A stretch of 64,000 bases of DNA, from the NCBI GenBank assembly GCA_036785375.1, contig JAWMAR010000054.1:3658001-3722000 (forward strand), written 5' to 3'. Made by a program: the position numbers and the translations under genes. Below, one piece after another: positions 1-12,174 of the stretch. The stretch comes from Leucoraja ocellata. Its lineage: Eukaryota. The notes under the pieces were generated by a model. The model did no database searches, was not told where the DNA came from, and saw nothing but the letters and a program-made list of their open reading frames with translations. The first letter of the stretch is position 1; every line of letters starts with the position of its first letter.

Positions 1-275
1 CCAGGGGCCACAGATTAAGAATAAGGAGTAAGCTATTTAGAAAGGAGAGTGGTGAGTCTGTGGAATTCTCTGCCTCAGAGGGCGGTGGAGGCGGGTTCTC
101 TGGATGCTTTCAAGAGAGAACTAGATAGGGCTCTTAAAAATAGCAGAGGCAGGGGATATGGGGAGAAGGCAGGAATGAGGTACTGATTGGGGATGATCAG
201 CCATGATCACATTGAATGGCAGTGCTGGCTAGAAGGGCCAAATGGCCCACTCCTGCACCTATTGTCTGTTGTCTA
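1..275 (+). mobile_element. CR1/HER1-type LINE 3' fragment
   Basis: Encodes ...SLWNSLPQRAVEAGSLDAFKRELD...; conserved 3' UTR gatcagccatgatcacattgaatggc...cctgcacctatt; CTATTGT-type tail. Confidence 0.9.
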
Positions 276-465
276 AGTTGGAGATGGATACATATATGAA
301 AGATTGAAGAATTGTAGGTTATGGGAACTGGCGTGGAAGACAAGTTGAGGCCAACATAAATCAACAGTGATCATAATGCGTGGTCAGGATAACCTAAAGC
401 CTCTGGTTGAATTGAGGAAAAGTTTAAAATGTGATCAGGACCTCAGACATGACATAAACCTCTTA

Positions 466-816
466 AGGCCCTGTCCCACGAGCATGCGACTCCATGTGGC
501 AAGCGCGACCTAACGTGGTCGCTTGAGCCGTACGGCCTCGCGGGGCCGGTCCCCTTCGATCGCCGGAGCCGTATGGAGTTGTGAGGAGCTGGTCCCGACA
601 TCGCGCGGGGCTCCGAAAAACTGACCGTGTTCAAAAATTCCGCGCAGCAACGGCCTGCTGGCCCGCAGCCGCCTCGACGCCATGTCACTCACTCAACCTC
701 CGCGCGGCTCCCGCTTCTGGTTTGGTCACGCTTGCCGCATGCAGGCGCATGCTGGTGGGACCGGCCCTTTAGGTCACGCTTGCCGCATGTAGGCGCATGT
801 TCGTGGGACAGGCCCT
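466..816. mobile_element. PIF/Harbinger-like MITE, family A (GC-rich), with tandem duplication of its right end
   Basis: TTA|AGGCC-CTGTCCCAC ... GTGGGACAG-GCCCT|TTA; the last ~48 bp are duplicated (about 724-771 and 772-819). Confidence 0.75.
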
Positions 817-1754
817 TTAGTCTACAAGGTAGGAGTGTTGGCTGGTCTTCTATGTGCTTCTAAGATCTGGAATACTTACAGTGGGCATCTCAGGACACTG
901 GAAAAATACCACCAATGCTAACAGGAAGGATAAGCTAACACCAACCCCCATAGCCAGGCCAACATTCCCAGCATTAAGGCCCAAAATCAATTCCATTTGC
1001 CAGCCCATATTTTTCACATGCCTGACCCCAGATTTCTTGAGTCAGCCATACTATTATGAGCCCTGTCATAGGAGGTCAGAAAAATATTAAATTGCTACTA
1101 TTTCAATATTCGTTCATATCCTTACACAACACATCCTTACTTTTGCTCATTTGGAGTTTGTTTTAAAACCATTGTCCTCCAGGTTATTCTGAAGCATAAC
1201 ATCGGGATTCACTTTGACAGCTCAATCCCTTGTTACTTTTCATTGCTTCTCTCCCATGCTGAGCCATCTATCTGCTCGACTGATATCATCCCTTATAAAC
1301 GATGCTGACCCATGTCCTTAATATTGTTTTTACATTTCCTTCTGAAACGCTGAATGCCCTGGAACATTTAGCTCCTAGCTTTGCTCACACTGTGACTGTT
1401 TCTGTAATGGCAACTACTTATGCTGTTTATTTCAACCATTTTGTTATGGCTGTAGTGTACTTTTAGATATGGCAACTTTATATTTGGCTTTTTAACTTTT
1501 CTCCTATTTCAATTATTTTTACCTATTTATTTTGCTTTCTACATTTCAATCTCCCACTTTCACCTTTGTTCCTCTCCCTCCTGTCAGACTACCATCCTCT
1601 TGCCAAGCCAGTTTAATCATTCTGGGCTCCTCAAATGTTCCTGGATGAAATTCGAGAAGCAGTTAGGCCTTTATAACAATCCAGAGGTTTCAATCAACAT
1701 AACCTGATCTTAGATTTGCAAATTTATTTAATTACTTGGATTTAAGTTTACTAG

Positions 1755-1830
1755 CAGCCATGGTGGGATTTGAACTCCTGCCTCTAGCAGCCGATAGTCA
1801 AGGCCTCTTATTATTAACCATTTTGCTACC
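1755..1830 (-). mobile_element. Old tRNA-derived SINE head
   Basis: Minus strand GAGTTCAAATCCCACCATGGCTGC resembles a B-box of a tRNA-derived SINE; degraded. Confidence 0.4.
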
Positions 1831-2017
1831 AAACCTAGGCTGCTGTTGCTGACCCTGGTAAATACATATGGACATGGATCTTTTCACACCTGTCTTTTAG
1901 CCTAGTTACAGCGTTTCATCTTTATCAATATTCAGCCCTATTTGTGGCCACTCCTGACATAGAGTTTTCCTTCATAAAAGGACTCCTCGTTTCCCTCTTC
2001 CAGCTGGGTAAGTCTTA

Positions 2018-2214
2018 TAGCCCTGTCCCATGGTATGAGTTCATTCCAAGAGCTCCCCCGAGTTTAAAAAAAAATCAAACTCGTGGTAAGCACGGAGAAT
2101 GAACGTAGCGGGTACGTCGGAGCTCGGGGATGTCTCTTAGCGGCTCGTAACACTAACGGCAGGTACTCGGGAAGATTCGCTCTTGGAATGAACTCGTACC
2201 GTGGGACAGGGCTT
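2018..2214. mobile_element. PIF/Harbinger-like MITE, family B (internally deleted)
   Basis: TTA|TAGCC-CTGTCCCA(T)GGTATGAGTTCATTCCAAGAGC ... GCTCTTGGAATGAACTCGTACC-GTGGGACAG-GGCTT|TAA. Confidence 0.8.
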
Positions 2215-3402
2215 TAAGTGGGCATGTTTAACCTGCCTGTGTTGAGTGAATTCTCTGTGAATCCTTTATCTCCAGCCAGGTGTTCTATAACTCTTATCTT
2301 GTTTTAAAACTCTATGCTTTGACATACGGAAGTTTTAACGCACATTTCTGCTTTCTAAATTGATTTATGTTTATTTCATTTTGTGTGTCACATCCTGACA
2401 CAATCCGCCCTCAGTTGCTGAATTGGTGTTTGTTTTGTAACCACCGTCTTCCAGGTTATCCTGCACCATAACATTCAGATATACTTTTACTGATTGTGAT
2501 TGCTCATTGTTTCCATTCCTTCTCTCCCTTTAGTATTCATAAAGATATTGGTACTGCCCTTATTCACATGAAATTTGTACCACCTGTAGAATGCTTCCTG
2601 CCTCAGAACTTCCCCCGGGGTTTGGGGAATGTAAAGCATTTGCCTCGATGCCACAATGATTCATTCTACAATGATCGTCAAATTGAAGGTGACCTTTGAA
2701 GGAGCTAACCAAACAAACGTCAGAGCAGTGTTACCCAAACCTTGTCATCTAGAAATGACGATCATTAAGAACTTTGTAGTTAGCATTCAAAACTTCATGC
2801 ATTTCTCCATGAAGAACATGCAAAAAAATCCCCAGTTGAAGTACTATACTCATTAGAGGAAAAGGAAAGAAATCATAACACTACCGAAGCATTTATTAAT
2901 TCAATAGTTACTTTATTGTGACATATACCTATATATACAGTGAAATATTTTGTTTTGCACCCAGCCTAGTAAAATCATAAGCACAATCATACGTAAATAA
3001 AAGAGTGCCAAGATTATAGTTGTAAAAAGAATAGTCAATTTATTCGGAGGCTGTACACAATGAGATCATCTTATACCTTTTAAGTATCGTTTTTAAAAGT
3101 ATCGTGTCCCATCTTGTATTCTTATGCTTGCCATTGGAGGCCTTCATAAGTGTCCTAGTGCCTACTTTGAAACGTCTACATAGTACAGTTCAAGTGTCAG
3201 CAGCATTTGACATGGATAGCTACTAATGTTCTGAAGGGGAAGTTCGAATATCCTTGTGGAACTTTCAAAAGACTCCCAGAGCCAAAGAGCATGGAAACAT
3301 TCCTTGAGACCCACGGTGTCCAATCATCCCCATCAAGAGCCTTCCGTGCCATATTGTTACAAGTGCACAACTAAATACTTCATTGCTGTTGTAGCATTGT
3401 AA

Positions 3403-3616
3403 TGCCCCTGTCCCACTTAGGAAACCTGAACGGAAACCTCTGGAGACTTTGCGCCCCACCCAAGGTTTCCGTGCAGTTCCCGGAGGTTGCAGGTGGCTTC
3501 CGGAGGTTGCAGGTAGGGAGACTGACATAAACCTCCGGGAACCGCACGGAAAACCTTGGGTGGGGAACAAAGTCCCCAGAGGTTTCCGTTCAGGTTTCCC
3601 AAGTGGGACAGGGGCA
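3403..3616. mobile_element. PIF/Harbinger-like MITE, family C (near-perfect palindrome)
   Basis: TAA|TGCCC-CTGTCCCACTTAGGAAACCTGAACGGAAACC ... GGTTTCCGTTCAGGTTTCCCAAGTGGGACAG-GGGCA. Confidence 0.8.
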
Positions 3617-3789
3617 AGCTTCCTCTGTCAGTGTGCTCCAGATTCCAACTGCTCGCTGGGTGAAATGTTTTTTTTAATCCAATCTCCACTAAGCCATTTG
3701 CCTTAAATTTATCTTCTCTGGTTATAAACCTCTCGGCTAACAGGAAACGTCTTTCACCACCTCACCTATCTATGTCCCTCAAATGGGAG

Positions 3790-4610
3790 ACATACAGGCA
3801 CACTGGGGTTGGGGTTGGGGGGGGAGACTAATACTTGAAATTGGAGAATTCAAAGTTCACATTGTTGGGTTGTAGGCTACCCAAGCAGAATAAACAATGC
3901 TATTCTTCCCGTTTGTGTGTGGCCATGGAGGAGGCCCAGGACAGGAAGGTCGGTATGGGAATGGGAAGGGAAGTTAAAATGGGAGATTTAGCAGGCCTTG
4001 GTTGTAGAGTGCAAGTGTTCAGTGAAATGGTCGCCTGTACCCTCTAGTTTACACCTGCCACCCGGGTTCTCAATGCGCACTGATTTCTCCCACTGACCCC
4101 GACCACCCTAGTCACCCTGCTCCTATCAATCCACACACTCATCTCCCATCCCCGAGTTCCCCATTTTTTTCCTCCCCCTGTCTCCTTCCGCCCATATACC
4201 TCCCTCTGGTTTTACAGTTCACTCCTGTTCTATTTTTCCGTATCTGGCTCCCTTTTGTCTTCTTTTCACTTCTTGCCATTGTCACTTACTCCGCCCATCT
4301 CCCAACCAACACCCTCCCCCCTCCCCCCCCCCCATCCTCTGTATCCACCAATCAGTTGCCAGGTTTTGCCCCACTCCCTTTTCTCTATCTCCCCTCTACT
4401 CCATCAGTCTGAAGAAGGATCACGACGCAAAACATCGTCCGTCCATTCCCCTCCACAGATACTGCCTGACCTCAGATTCAGATTCAATTTAATTGTCATT
4501 GTCAGTGTACAGTACAGAGACAACGAAATGCATTAGTGGAGGACCTGTTGAGTTTCTCTAGTGCCTCGTTTCTGCTCCAGATTCCAGCATCTGGACCTTC
4601 CTGTCTCTGC
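3790..4610. mobile_element. Degraded Penelope-like fragments in both orientations, with a short Rex1-type 3' tail inserted (about 4472-4533)
   Basis: Similar to 5126-5620; contains cagtctgaagaagg..aaacatc and the tail (AGATTC)n...gacaacgaaatgca. Confidence 0.6.
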
Positions 4611-5125
4611 TGTTCAATGTAATTTCCCATACAGTTAACTCTAGAATATATGCGATGTTGGTCTCAGAGATGAAACATTGATTCACATTACGCCCCTCCC
4701 TTGTCATCTCCTGTTTCGCAGAGAGCTGAAGAGGACTAGTTCCTTGAAAGCTTCAACGTATGGAAATACTTGATTACGTAGTTGGGGCCAATTTGAAATA
4801 TTCGTTTTGGATATCATACACAATCTCGTAAACGGGCTGTAACTGGTCAGCTTGACAAAGGCTGATGAAGCTCAACAGCTGGCAGTAGAACATGAGTTTT
4901 TTTCTATGATGTGCAAAGTGGTTACAAAGGAAGTGTGATGGTCCACCCCTTCAATCTGATACGAGGTTTTTAATTGGGGGTTGGAAAAAGCTATCTCCAC
5001 ATTTATAACATCCTTGTATTAAGATATGCTTTCTGAATAGCCTATATTTAGTTTAGTTTACTTTAGATACAGAATGGAAACAGGCCCTTCAGCCCACTGA
5101 TTCCATGCTGACCATCGATCATCTG

Positions 5126-6742
5126 TTCAAGATAGACACAAAATGCTGGAATAACTCAGTGGGGGCAGGCACCATTTCTGGAGAAAAGGAATGGGTGACG
5201 TTTCGGGTCGAGACCCTTCTTCACACAGGGGATCGGGGAAGGGGGAGACACCCGAGATATTGGGATGAGGATCAAGATAAATGTAGAGTAGATCATTGTT
5301 AGCTAGGGGAAGTTGACAACGAAGCATGCAGAGATAAAATATAATCAGGAGGAGAGTCAGACTGGTTGGAGAACTGGGATGGAGGACGGATGGATAGAGG
5401 GGATTAAACACAAGGATTACTTGAAGTTAGAGAAGCCAATATTCATACCACTGGGTTAAACTGCCCAAGAGAAATATGAGGTGCTGTTCCTCCAATTTGC
5501 ATTGGGCCTCACTCTTAATAGTGGAGGAGGCCCAGGACAGAAAGGTCAGAGTGGGAATGGGAGAGGGAGTTAAAGTGTTTAGCAACTGGGAGATGATGTA
5601 GGTTTAGGCAGACTGAGTGGAGGTGTTCAGAGAAACGATTGCTGACCCCTGCACTTGGTCTCGCCTATATAGAGGAGTCCACATCTGGAACAGCGGATAC
5701 AGTAGATGAGGTTGGAGGAAGTGCAAGTGAACCTCTTCCTCACCTGAAAGGACAGTTGGGATTCTTGGACGGAGTCACGCAGGAGGTGTTGCATCTTCTG
5801 TGGTTGCAGGGGAAAGTACCCAGGGAGGGGGTGGTTTGGGTGTGAAGGGATGAGGTAACCAGGGAGTTGCGGAGGGAACAGTTTCTGTGGAAATGGATGG
5901 GGATGGGAAGATATGGCTAGTGGCGGAATCCCGTTGGAGGTGAGGCAAAAATGTCAGAGGATTATGTGTGTATGTGTTTAAAGATAAGGGGGAAATCTTT
6001 TAGGACCGAGATGAGAAAAACATTTTTCACACAGAGAGTGGTGAATCTGTGGAATTCTCTGAAGGTAGTTGAGGCCACAGTTCATTGGCTATATTTAAGA
6101 GGGAGTTAGATGTGGTCCTTGTGGCTAAAGAGATCAGGGGGTATGGAGAGAAGGCAGGTACAGGATACTGAGTTGGATGATCAGTCATGATCATATTGAA
6201 TGGCGGTGCAGGCTCGAAGGGCCGAATGACCTACTCCTGCACCTATTTTCTATGTTTCTATTTGACGGCTGATGGGGTGAAAGGTGAGGACTAGGGGGAC
6301 TCTGTCCCTGTTGCAACTGGGGGGGGGGGGGAAGGGGAGCAAGAGCGGAGTTGCGGGATATCGAGGAGATCCTTGTGAAGATCTCATCTATGATGGAAGA
6401 GGGGAACCTCCCGTTCCCTGAAGAATGAGAACTTCTCAGATGTCCAGGTGTGGAACACCTCATCTTGGGCGCAGATGCAGCATAGACGTAGGAATTGGGA
6501 GTAGGGGATAGAGTCTTTGCAGGAGGCAGGGTGGGGAAAAGTGTAGCCTAGATAGCTGTGGGAGTCAGTAGGTACACAATAGATATCAGTTGATGGTCCA
6601 CCTCCTGTGATGGAGACGGTGAGATCAAGAAACGGTAGGGAGATGTCGGAGGTGGTTGAAATGAATTTTAACGCAGGATGAAAATGAGTAATGAAGTTAA
6701 CGGATTCCGTGAGTTCTGCATGGGTGCAGGAGGTAGCCTCGA
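5126..6742 (-). mobile_element. Penelope-like retroelement (3' RT, GIY-YIG endonuclease, terminal repeat), decayed, interrupted by a CR1 at 5977-6261
   Basis: Minus strand encodes NLIYCIRCSRCGLLYIGETK...RFSEHL (GIY-YIG) and HPASCKDSIPYSQFLRL (Penelope RT C-terminus); terminal repeat carries gaagaagggtctcgacccgaaacgtc. Confidence 0.88.
5977..6261 (+). mobile_element. CR1 3' fragment nested in Penelope
   Basis: gataagggggaaatctttt...gagttggatgatcag...ttttctatgtttcta tail. Confidence 0.9.
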
Positions 6743-6759
6743 TGTCACCAATCTAGCTC

Positions 6760-6955
6760 TATTTTATCCCACTTTCTTATCCACTCCCCACACACTAAAA
6801 GTAATTTACAGTAGTCAATTAACCTACAAACCTGCACGTCTTTGGGATGTGGGGGAAAGCTGGAGCACTCGGTATAAACCCACACAGTCACAGGAAGAAC
6901 TTGCAGAGTCCACACAGACAGCACCTGAGGACAGGATCGAACCTGGGTCTCTAGC
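6760..6955 (-). mobile_element. HE1-like V-SINE fragment
   Basis: Shares ttaacctacaaacc..tctttgg..cacagacagcacc..caggatcgaacc with the copy at 50530. Confidence 0.75.
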
Positions 6956-7202
6956 CATCACCTATCCATATTCTTGGCAGATGCTGCCGGACACACTGAA
7001 TGACTCCAGCACTTTGTGTCTTCCCTTCTAAAATTGCTATGAGTTTGCTAAAACCTGACTAGCCTTTTACAAATCCATGCTGCCTCTTTGGTCTGCTACA
7101 CACGTACGCAATCACTTTGATCTTATTTATGACTTAGTAAATGCCCGGCAGTGATTGATACAGAAACTGATCCTTTGTTTCCCAGTTTCTCAGCTTTCGT
7201 GA

Positions 7203-7592
7203 TTAGATAGATAGATAGATAGCCTTTTATTGTCATTCAGACCGAAGTCTGAACGAAATTGCAGCAGTCATACATATAATACCATACAATAAAACAACAA
7301 TAAACACATATTAACATCCACCACAGTGAGTCCACCCAGCATCTCCTCACTGTGATGGAGGCAAAAGTCTTAGGTCTGCAGTCTCTTCCCTCCTCTTCTC
7401 CCTCTGCGCTGGGGCGATACCCCCCCCCCCCCCCCCCCCCCGGGCGATGTTAAGAACAGTCCCGCGGCTCAAACACCGCGGCCCGGGGTGGTTGAAGCTG
7501 CCGCCCACCAGTCCTGCAGAAACAGCTGCTGGCCCGCGGCCGAACCCCGGACTCAGGCCACCGCCGCCAGAACACCGTCCCAGCCCAGGCAT
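7203..7592 (-). mobile_element. GC-rich non-autonomous retroelement with Rex1/L2-type 3' stem-loop and (ATCT)n tail
   Basis: (agat)n, tttattgtcattcagaccgaagtctgaacgaaa, catccaccacagtgag..ctcactgtgatgga; related copies at 24900, 46090, 52990. Confidence 0.65.
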
Positions 7593-7989
7593 TAAGAGTG
7601 ATAGGAAGAATTTTATAATTTACAAAAAAAATCCTGAATTAAGAGAACTGGAAAATGACTGCTCATATATGTACTGTTCTCACCCAATTTTTTAATATCC
7701 CTGTGACACAAGGCAACTGGTCCTGTTAATCTTGTCATTACTTTCACCCTGCTTAATTTTTTTTACATCTCTGCATTAAACTCAATATTGTTTTTCTCGT
7801 AATTTTCTGTCATGTTTCCATTACTATAAATTGAGATATTAAAAGATTATTTCTTGTAGCCATCATTTTATTTATTGTAATACCACAGTTAGTCATTTTC
7901 AAGAGACCCAGGTTGGTCCTGCCTGCTGTTACATCGGATGTCTTCACCCCAAAATTAACAGTAAAACATGTATATTAATATAAATGAGC

Positions 7990-8360
7990 AAATATAAAAT
8001 TATAAAAGGACTGGACAAGCTAGATGCAGGAAAAATGTTCCCAATGTTGGGCGAGTCCAGAACTCGGGGCCACAGTCTTAGAATAAAGGGTAGGCCATTT
8101 AAGACTGAGGTGAGAAAAACCTTTTTCACCCAGAGAGTTGTGAATTTGTGGAATTCCCTGCCACAGAGGGCAGTGGAGGCCAAGTCACTGGATGGATTTA
8201 AGAGCGAGTTAGATAGAGCTCTAGGGACCAGTGGATTCAAGGGATATGGGGAGAAGGCAGGCACGGGTTATTGATTAGGGATGGTCAGCCATGATCACAA
8301 TGAATGGCGGTGCTGGATCGAAGGGCCGAATGGCCTCCTCCTGCACCTATTTTCTATGTA
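7990..8360 (+). mobile_element. CR1 3' fragment
   Basis: ORF 7984..8274 YKIIKGLDKLDAGKMFP..TRGHSLRI..FFTQRVVNLWNSLP plus CR1 3' UTR. Confidence 0.92.
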
Positions 8361-8430
8361 ATGATTTGTTTATTCTCCTTTGTAAACTCAAGCAAAAATG
8401 AGGCACTAATTCAATGATATTTCCCTAAAG

Positions 8431-8516
8431 GTAAAAAAATTACAAGCCTTCAAAGATGATGTGAACAAACTGTCACTGGCAGATTCCTTCATGATCCTAT
8501 TGATACAAGTCCCAAG
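8431..8516 (+). CDS. FHDC1: FHDC1 coding exon (first one identifiable in window; FH2 domain), VKKLQAFKDDVNKLSLADSFMILLIQVP
   Basis: AG acceptor (ccctaaag|GTA) and GT donor (cccaag|gtaagg); 86 nt, ends phase 2; translation matches my recollection of the FHDC1 FH2 segment VKKLKAFSGDVSKLSLADSF. Confidence 0.9.
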
Positions 8517-8607
8517 GTAAGGAAGCCGTGTCATGCACCTTCTTCGTACTAATAAAATATACCCATTTTTGATCTTTTGTTTTTGAACAATTTTTGTTGG
8601 TTTGCAG

Positions 8608-8708
8608 CTATGCTCTTCGGATGGAAGCCATGATCCTTAAAGAAGAGTTTACACCTGCCTGCTTCACATTACACAAGGAAATGGATACAATGCAGACAGC
8701 CACTAAAG
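8608..8708 (+). CDS. FHDC1: FHDC1 coding exon, (S)YALRMEAMILKEEFTPACFTLHKEMDTMQTATK
   Basis: tttgcag|C acceptor, aaag|gtaatg donor; 101 nt, phase 2 to 1, continues the frame of the previous exon across a 91-nt intron. Confidence 0.92.
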
Positions 8709-9184
8709 GTAATGGACATGATTCATTACATAAGGACATGCCAACTTGGGGCTGTAAAATGGCTGTATATTTCTGCTGGGTGGCTGATGAACTAAGAAGA
8801 GGACACAGAAAGGCTGTAGAGGTATATAGACCTGTATGGTGAAATGTCAAAGGGCATGGCCCAGGAAAAATTGTTAAAGTCATACATTTGATTTTTTAAA
8901 TGGAAAGATAAAGTGTGTAAAAAAAAAAAAAGAAAGATGATGGTGTTCAGAGGGACCTGGGTATTCCTGTATGCAAAGTGAATGTGCAGCAATTAGGATG
9001 TCAAACAGTATCGTTCTTGGCCTTTGTTGTAAAAGGATTTGAGTATAAGAGCAGAGCTATCCGGATCCATTATATAGAGCACTTGTGTTAACGCATCTGA
9101 AATACACTGTGCAGGTCTAGACTTCCTATGAGAGGACTGCTGTAAAACATCACCAGATTTATTCCTGGGGTGACAGGTTTGTTC

Positions 9185-9625
9185 AATTCAGATTCAGATT
9201 CAAACTTTATTGTCATTGTGTAGTGTACAGTACAGAGACAACAAAATGCAGTTGCATCTCCCCCAGAAGAGCGAACATAGAATAATGAGCAATCAATATA
9301 TATACGTACATACAGTTGTAGTAGTGCAATTTCTCTGGGGGAAGGAGTGTCCGGGGGGGGGGGGTGATTGGCAATTACCGAGGTACAGAGTTAAGTTGTG
9401 TAACAGCCGCAGGAAAGAAGCTGTTCCTGGACCTGCTGGACCGGCAACGGAGAGACCTGTAGCGCCTCCCGGATGGTAGGAGGGTAAACAGACTGTGGCT
9501 GGGGTGAGAGCAGTCCTTGGCGATGCTGAGCGCCCTTCGCAGACATCGCTTGCTTTGGACAGACTCAATGGAGGGGAGTGAGGAACCGGTGATGCGTTGG
9601 GCAATTTTCACCACCCTCTGCAGTG
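9185..9625 (-). mobile_element. Rex1/Babar LINE 3' fragment inserted in an old CR1 (about 8840-9990)
   Basis: ALQRVVKIAQRITG..HPSHSLFTLLPSGRRYRS..RNSFFPAAV; (ATCTGA)n tail; near-identical to 40266-40916. Confidence 0.88.
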
Positions 9626-10375
9626 CAGTGTTAGGTAGAGTGGTCCCAAACGCTGAGAGATGGAACAATCGGAGTGCATAAAAAATACAGAGGGCTTGAC
9701 AGAGAAGATGGAGCTTAAGTATCTAAAATCAGGGGTTACATGTTCAAAGCAAAGGGATATCCGTTTAAGACTGAGATGAGAAGAAATTTCTTCAACCAGA
9801 GAATAGTGAATCTTTGAATGTCTTGGCCGTACAGGTCAATGGAAGCTCATCTGTTGGGTATATTCAAGGCAGATCAATAGAATTGTAGATGTTAAGGGAA
9901 TAAAAGGACGCAGGAGAATGGGACTGAGAAACAATCAGAAATGATCTTATTGATGGCAGGCTGGGCACCCCTATTACTAATGTTCTTACATGGCACATTA
10001 CATTTGATCCATTGTATGGTAGAGGCTTGGATCCACATTAGCCTACACATTCAAACCCGTCTTCTTTTCCTGGGCAATATTTCCTGTGGTTATCGATTCT
10101 GTCTGTGATTCATTGAAATCTCACTAAAACGTGTATGTGAGAGAGGATGTGTACGTATTTGTGTGTGTGTGACAGAGAGTGAGGGTGTGTGTAAGTATGA
10201 ATGCATTTCTGAACGATTTCTCCCACTGAGCTGTATTGATCACATTGATATTTTAGACGGCCATCAATCACAGTATGACAAAGGTGAGGACAGCTGTACA
10301 GCACAACAACCTTTAGGCATTCATTTGAGTTACAATCACATTCATTCACACTCACACGTAAACTTTCCACACTTA

Positions 10376-10591
10376 TGCCCCTGTCCCACTTAGGGAACCT
10401 GAACGGAAACCTCTGGAGACTTTGCGCCCCACCCAAGGTTTCCGTGCGGTTCCCGGAGGTTTTTGTCAGTCTCCCTACCTGCTTCCACTACCTGCAACCA
10501 CCTGCAACCTCCGGGAACCGCACGGAAACCTTGGGTGGGGCGCAAAGTCTCCAGAGGTTTCCGTTCAGGTTTCCTGAGTGGGACAGGGGTA
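10376..10591. mobile_element. PIF/Harbinger-like MITE, family C
   Basis: TTA|TGCCC-CTGTCCCAC ... GTGGGACAG-GGGTA|TTA; long inverted arms. Confidence 0.82.
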
Positions 10592-10901
10592 TTACCCACA
10601 TCGGTCTTCCTTCCGATACTCTTCGTGAGACACAGCCCACAGGTACCTAGTCGAAGACTTGAACCTTCGACAGCCCATTGGCGGGGGTTCCAAACCTCCT
10701 GTCGCAATTGCTATTCCTTTTTCTGTTGCCGCGATTGCCCCCTAAAGTGACCAATGTGATGGCGTACTTCAACTAGTCTACACAGGAAGAAATCTCAGTT
10801 CCAGCGAAAGTTCAGTCCGATTGCTCAAAGATGAGCTGCCGCGGACTCGGGTCTGACCTGTCATCGGGGCTCAATTTCGGTCTCGCGTATAGTGAAGCTA
10901 A

Positions 10902-11225
10902 AACCCCTGTCCCACGGTACGAGTTCATTCCAAGAGCTCTCCCCAGTTTGCCCTGATTCGAACTCGGAGATTGACGGTAATGGCCACTCGTCGGTACTCG
11001 GGGCTCTCGTGGACATTTTTCAACATGATCTTCACGAGTCTTCCCGTGCTTACCTGCCGTTAGCGAGTCTTCCTGAGTACCTGCCGTCAGCATTACGAGC
11101 CGCTAAGAGACGTCCCCGAGCTCCGACGCACCCGCTACGTTCATTCTCCGTGCTTACCACGAGTTTGATTTTTTTCTTAACTCGGGAGAGCTCTTGGAAT
11201 GAACTCGTACCGTGGGACAGGGCTA
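10902..11225. mobile_element. PIF/Harbinger-like MITE, family B
   Basis: TAA|AACCC-CTGTCCCACGGTACGAGTTCATTCCAAGAGCTCTCCC ... GTGGGACAG-GGCTA|TTA; reverse complement of 54901-55230. Confidence 0.82.
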
Positions 11226-11541
11226 TTAAGGCGAGTCATCTCAACGGAACCTCCAAGAAGCTGTGGTCACCGATCAACTGAACTCTGACTGAATCACACA
11301 TACATAATGTTCACTTAAGGAAGGTACCACAATGCCCAAGTATCAAACCCCACAAAGAAATGTAGGTGAAGGAAGCTGAACACTGGGTATTTATTCAGGG
11401 TTTGGGTCCAAAGTTGTTGAATAAGAAATAAGTTTATTTGCATGTAAAGTTCTAAATATGATGTGGAATGTCACATGTTGCGTTTCCTGCTCTTTTTTTT
11501 AGCTCCCATTAAACTTTGAACCTTTTGTTAACATTTTGCAG

Positions 11542-11612
11542 AACTGATGGCCTGTGAAGAACTTCATGCAGTTTTACATTTGGTTCTACAGGCGGGCAAC
11601 ATCATGAATGCT
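11542..11612 (+). CDS. FHDC1: FHDC1 coding exon, (E)LMACEELHAVLHLVLQAGNIMNA
   Basis: ttttgcag|AA acceptor, gct|gtaagt donor; 71 nt, phase 1 to 0; contains the FH2 hallmark GNxMN. Confidence 0.95.
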
Positions 11613-11701
11613 GTAAGTGATCTGTGCTGTTCATTTTGATACCACAAAGCTTCTGTGTATCTTTCTTCTCCATTGATGGTTTTCTTCTCCTTTCTCTCCA
11701 G

Positions 11702-11809
11702 GGAGGTTATGCAGGAAATGCTGTGGGGTTCAAGCTATCTTCATTGTTGAAACTAGCAGACACAAAGGCAAACAAGCCAGGAATGAACTTGCTGCATTTT
11801 GTCGTTCTG
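11702..11809 (+). CDS. FHDC1: FHDC1 coding exon, [36 protein letters not shown]
   Basis: ctctccag|GGA acceptor, ctg|gttagt donor; 108 nt, phase 0; FH2 motif AxGFKLSSLxKLxDTK with the actin-binding Lys. Confidence 0.96.
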
Positions 11810-11859
11810 GTTAGTATTTGGATATTTCCCCATATTTATTCTTCCCAATATTACCTAAA

Positions 11860-12174
11860 GCACGGCAGGTACTTTAAAACTTTGACCGCCGGCCTGCGGC
11901 CTACACCAGCCTGAAGCCGCGGTCTCTGGTTGGGAAGAGCCGATCCTGGACTCACCTTGACTTTGACTTTGTCCCTTACCATCTGGACGCCCGCAGCAAC
12001 GGTGGTGGAGGGTGGAGGTCCCAACCACGGGGGAAAATGGAGGAGGACCGGCCAGGTTCTGTGCCTTCCACCACAGTGATGAATGCTGTGGTGGATGTTT
12101 GTGTAAAATTTTTATTGTGGTTGTGTGTTCTTTATTACTGTACCGCTGCTGGCAACCCAAATTCCACCGACCTT
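11860..12174 (+). mobile_element. GC-rich non-autonomous retroelement (runs into the gap)
   Basis: Homologous to 33955-34250 (gccgccggcctgcggcctacacca..ccttccaccacagtgatgaatgctgtggtggatg). Confidence 0.7.

Noticed and set aside
8158-8176. CTCF-like ccacagagggcagtg inside CR1 copies
   Set aside because: One base short of the core spacing and explained by the coding sequence LPQRAV
1-8430. Search for upstream FHDC1 exons (FH1 and N-terminal FH2)
   Set aside because: No segment with both splice sites and recognisable FHDC1 translation found by eye; the similar cag|gttat segments at about 1180 and 2452 look like an old repeat
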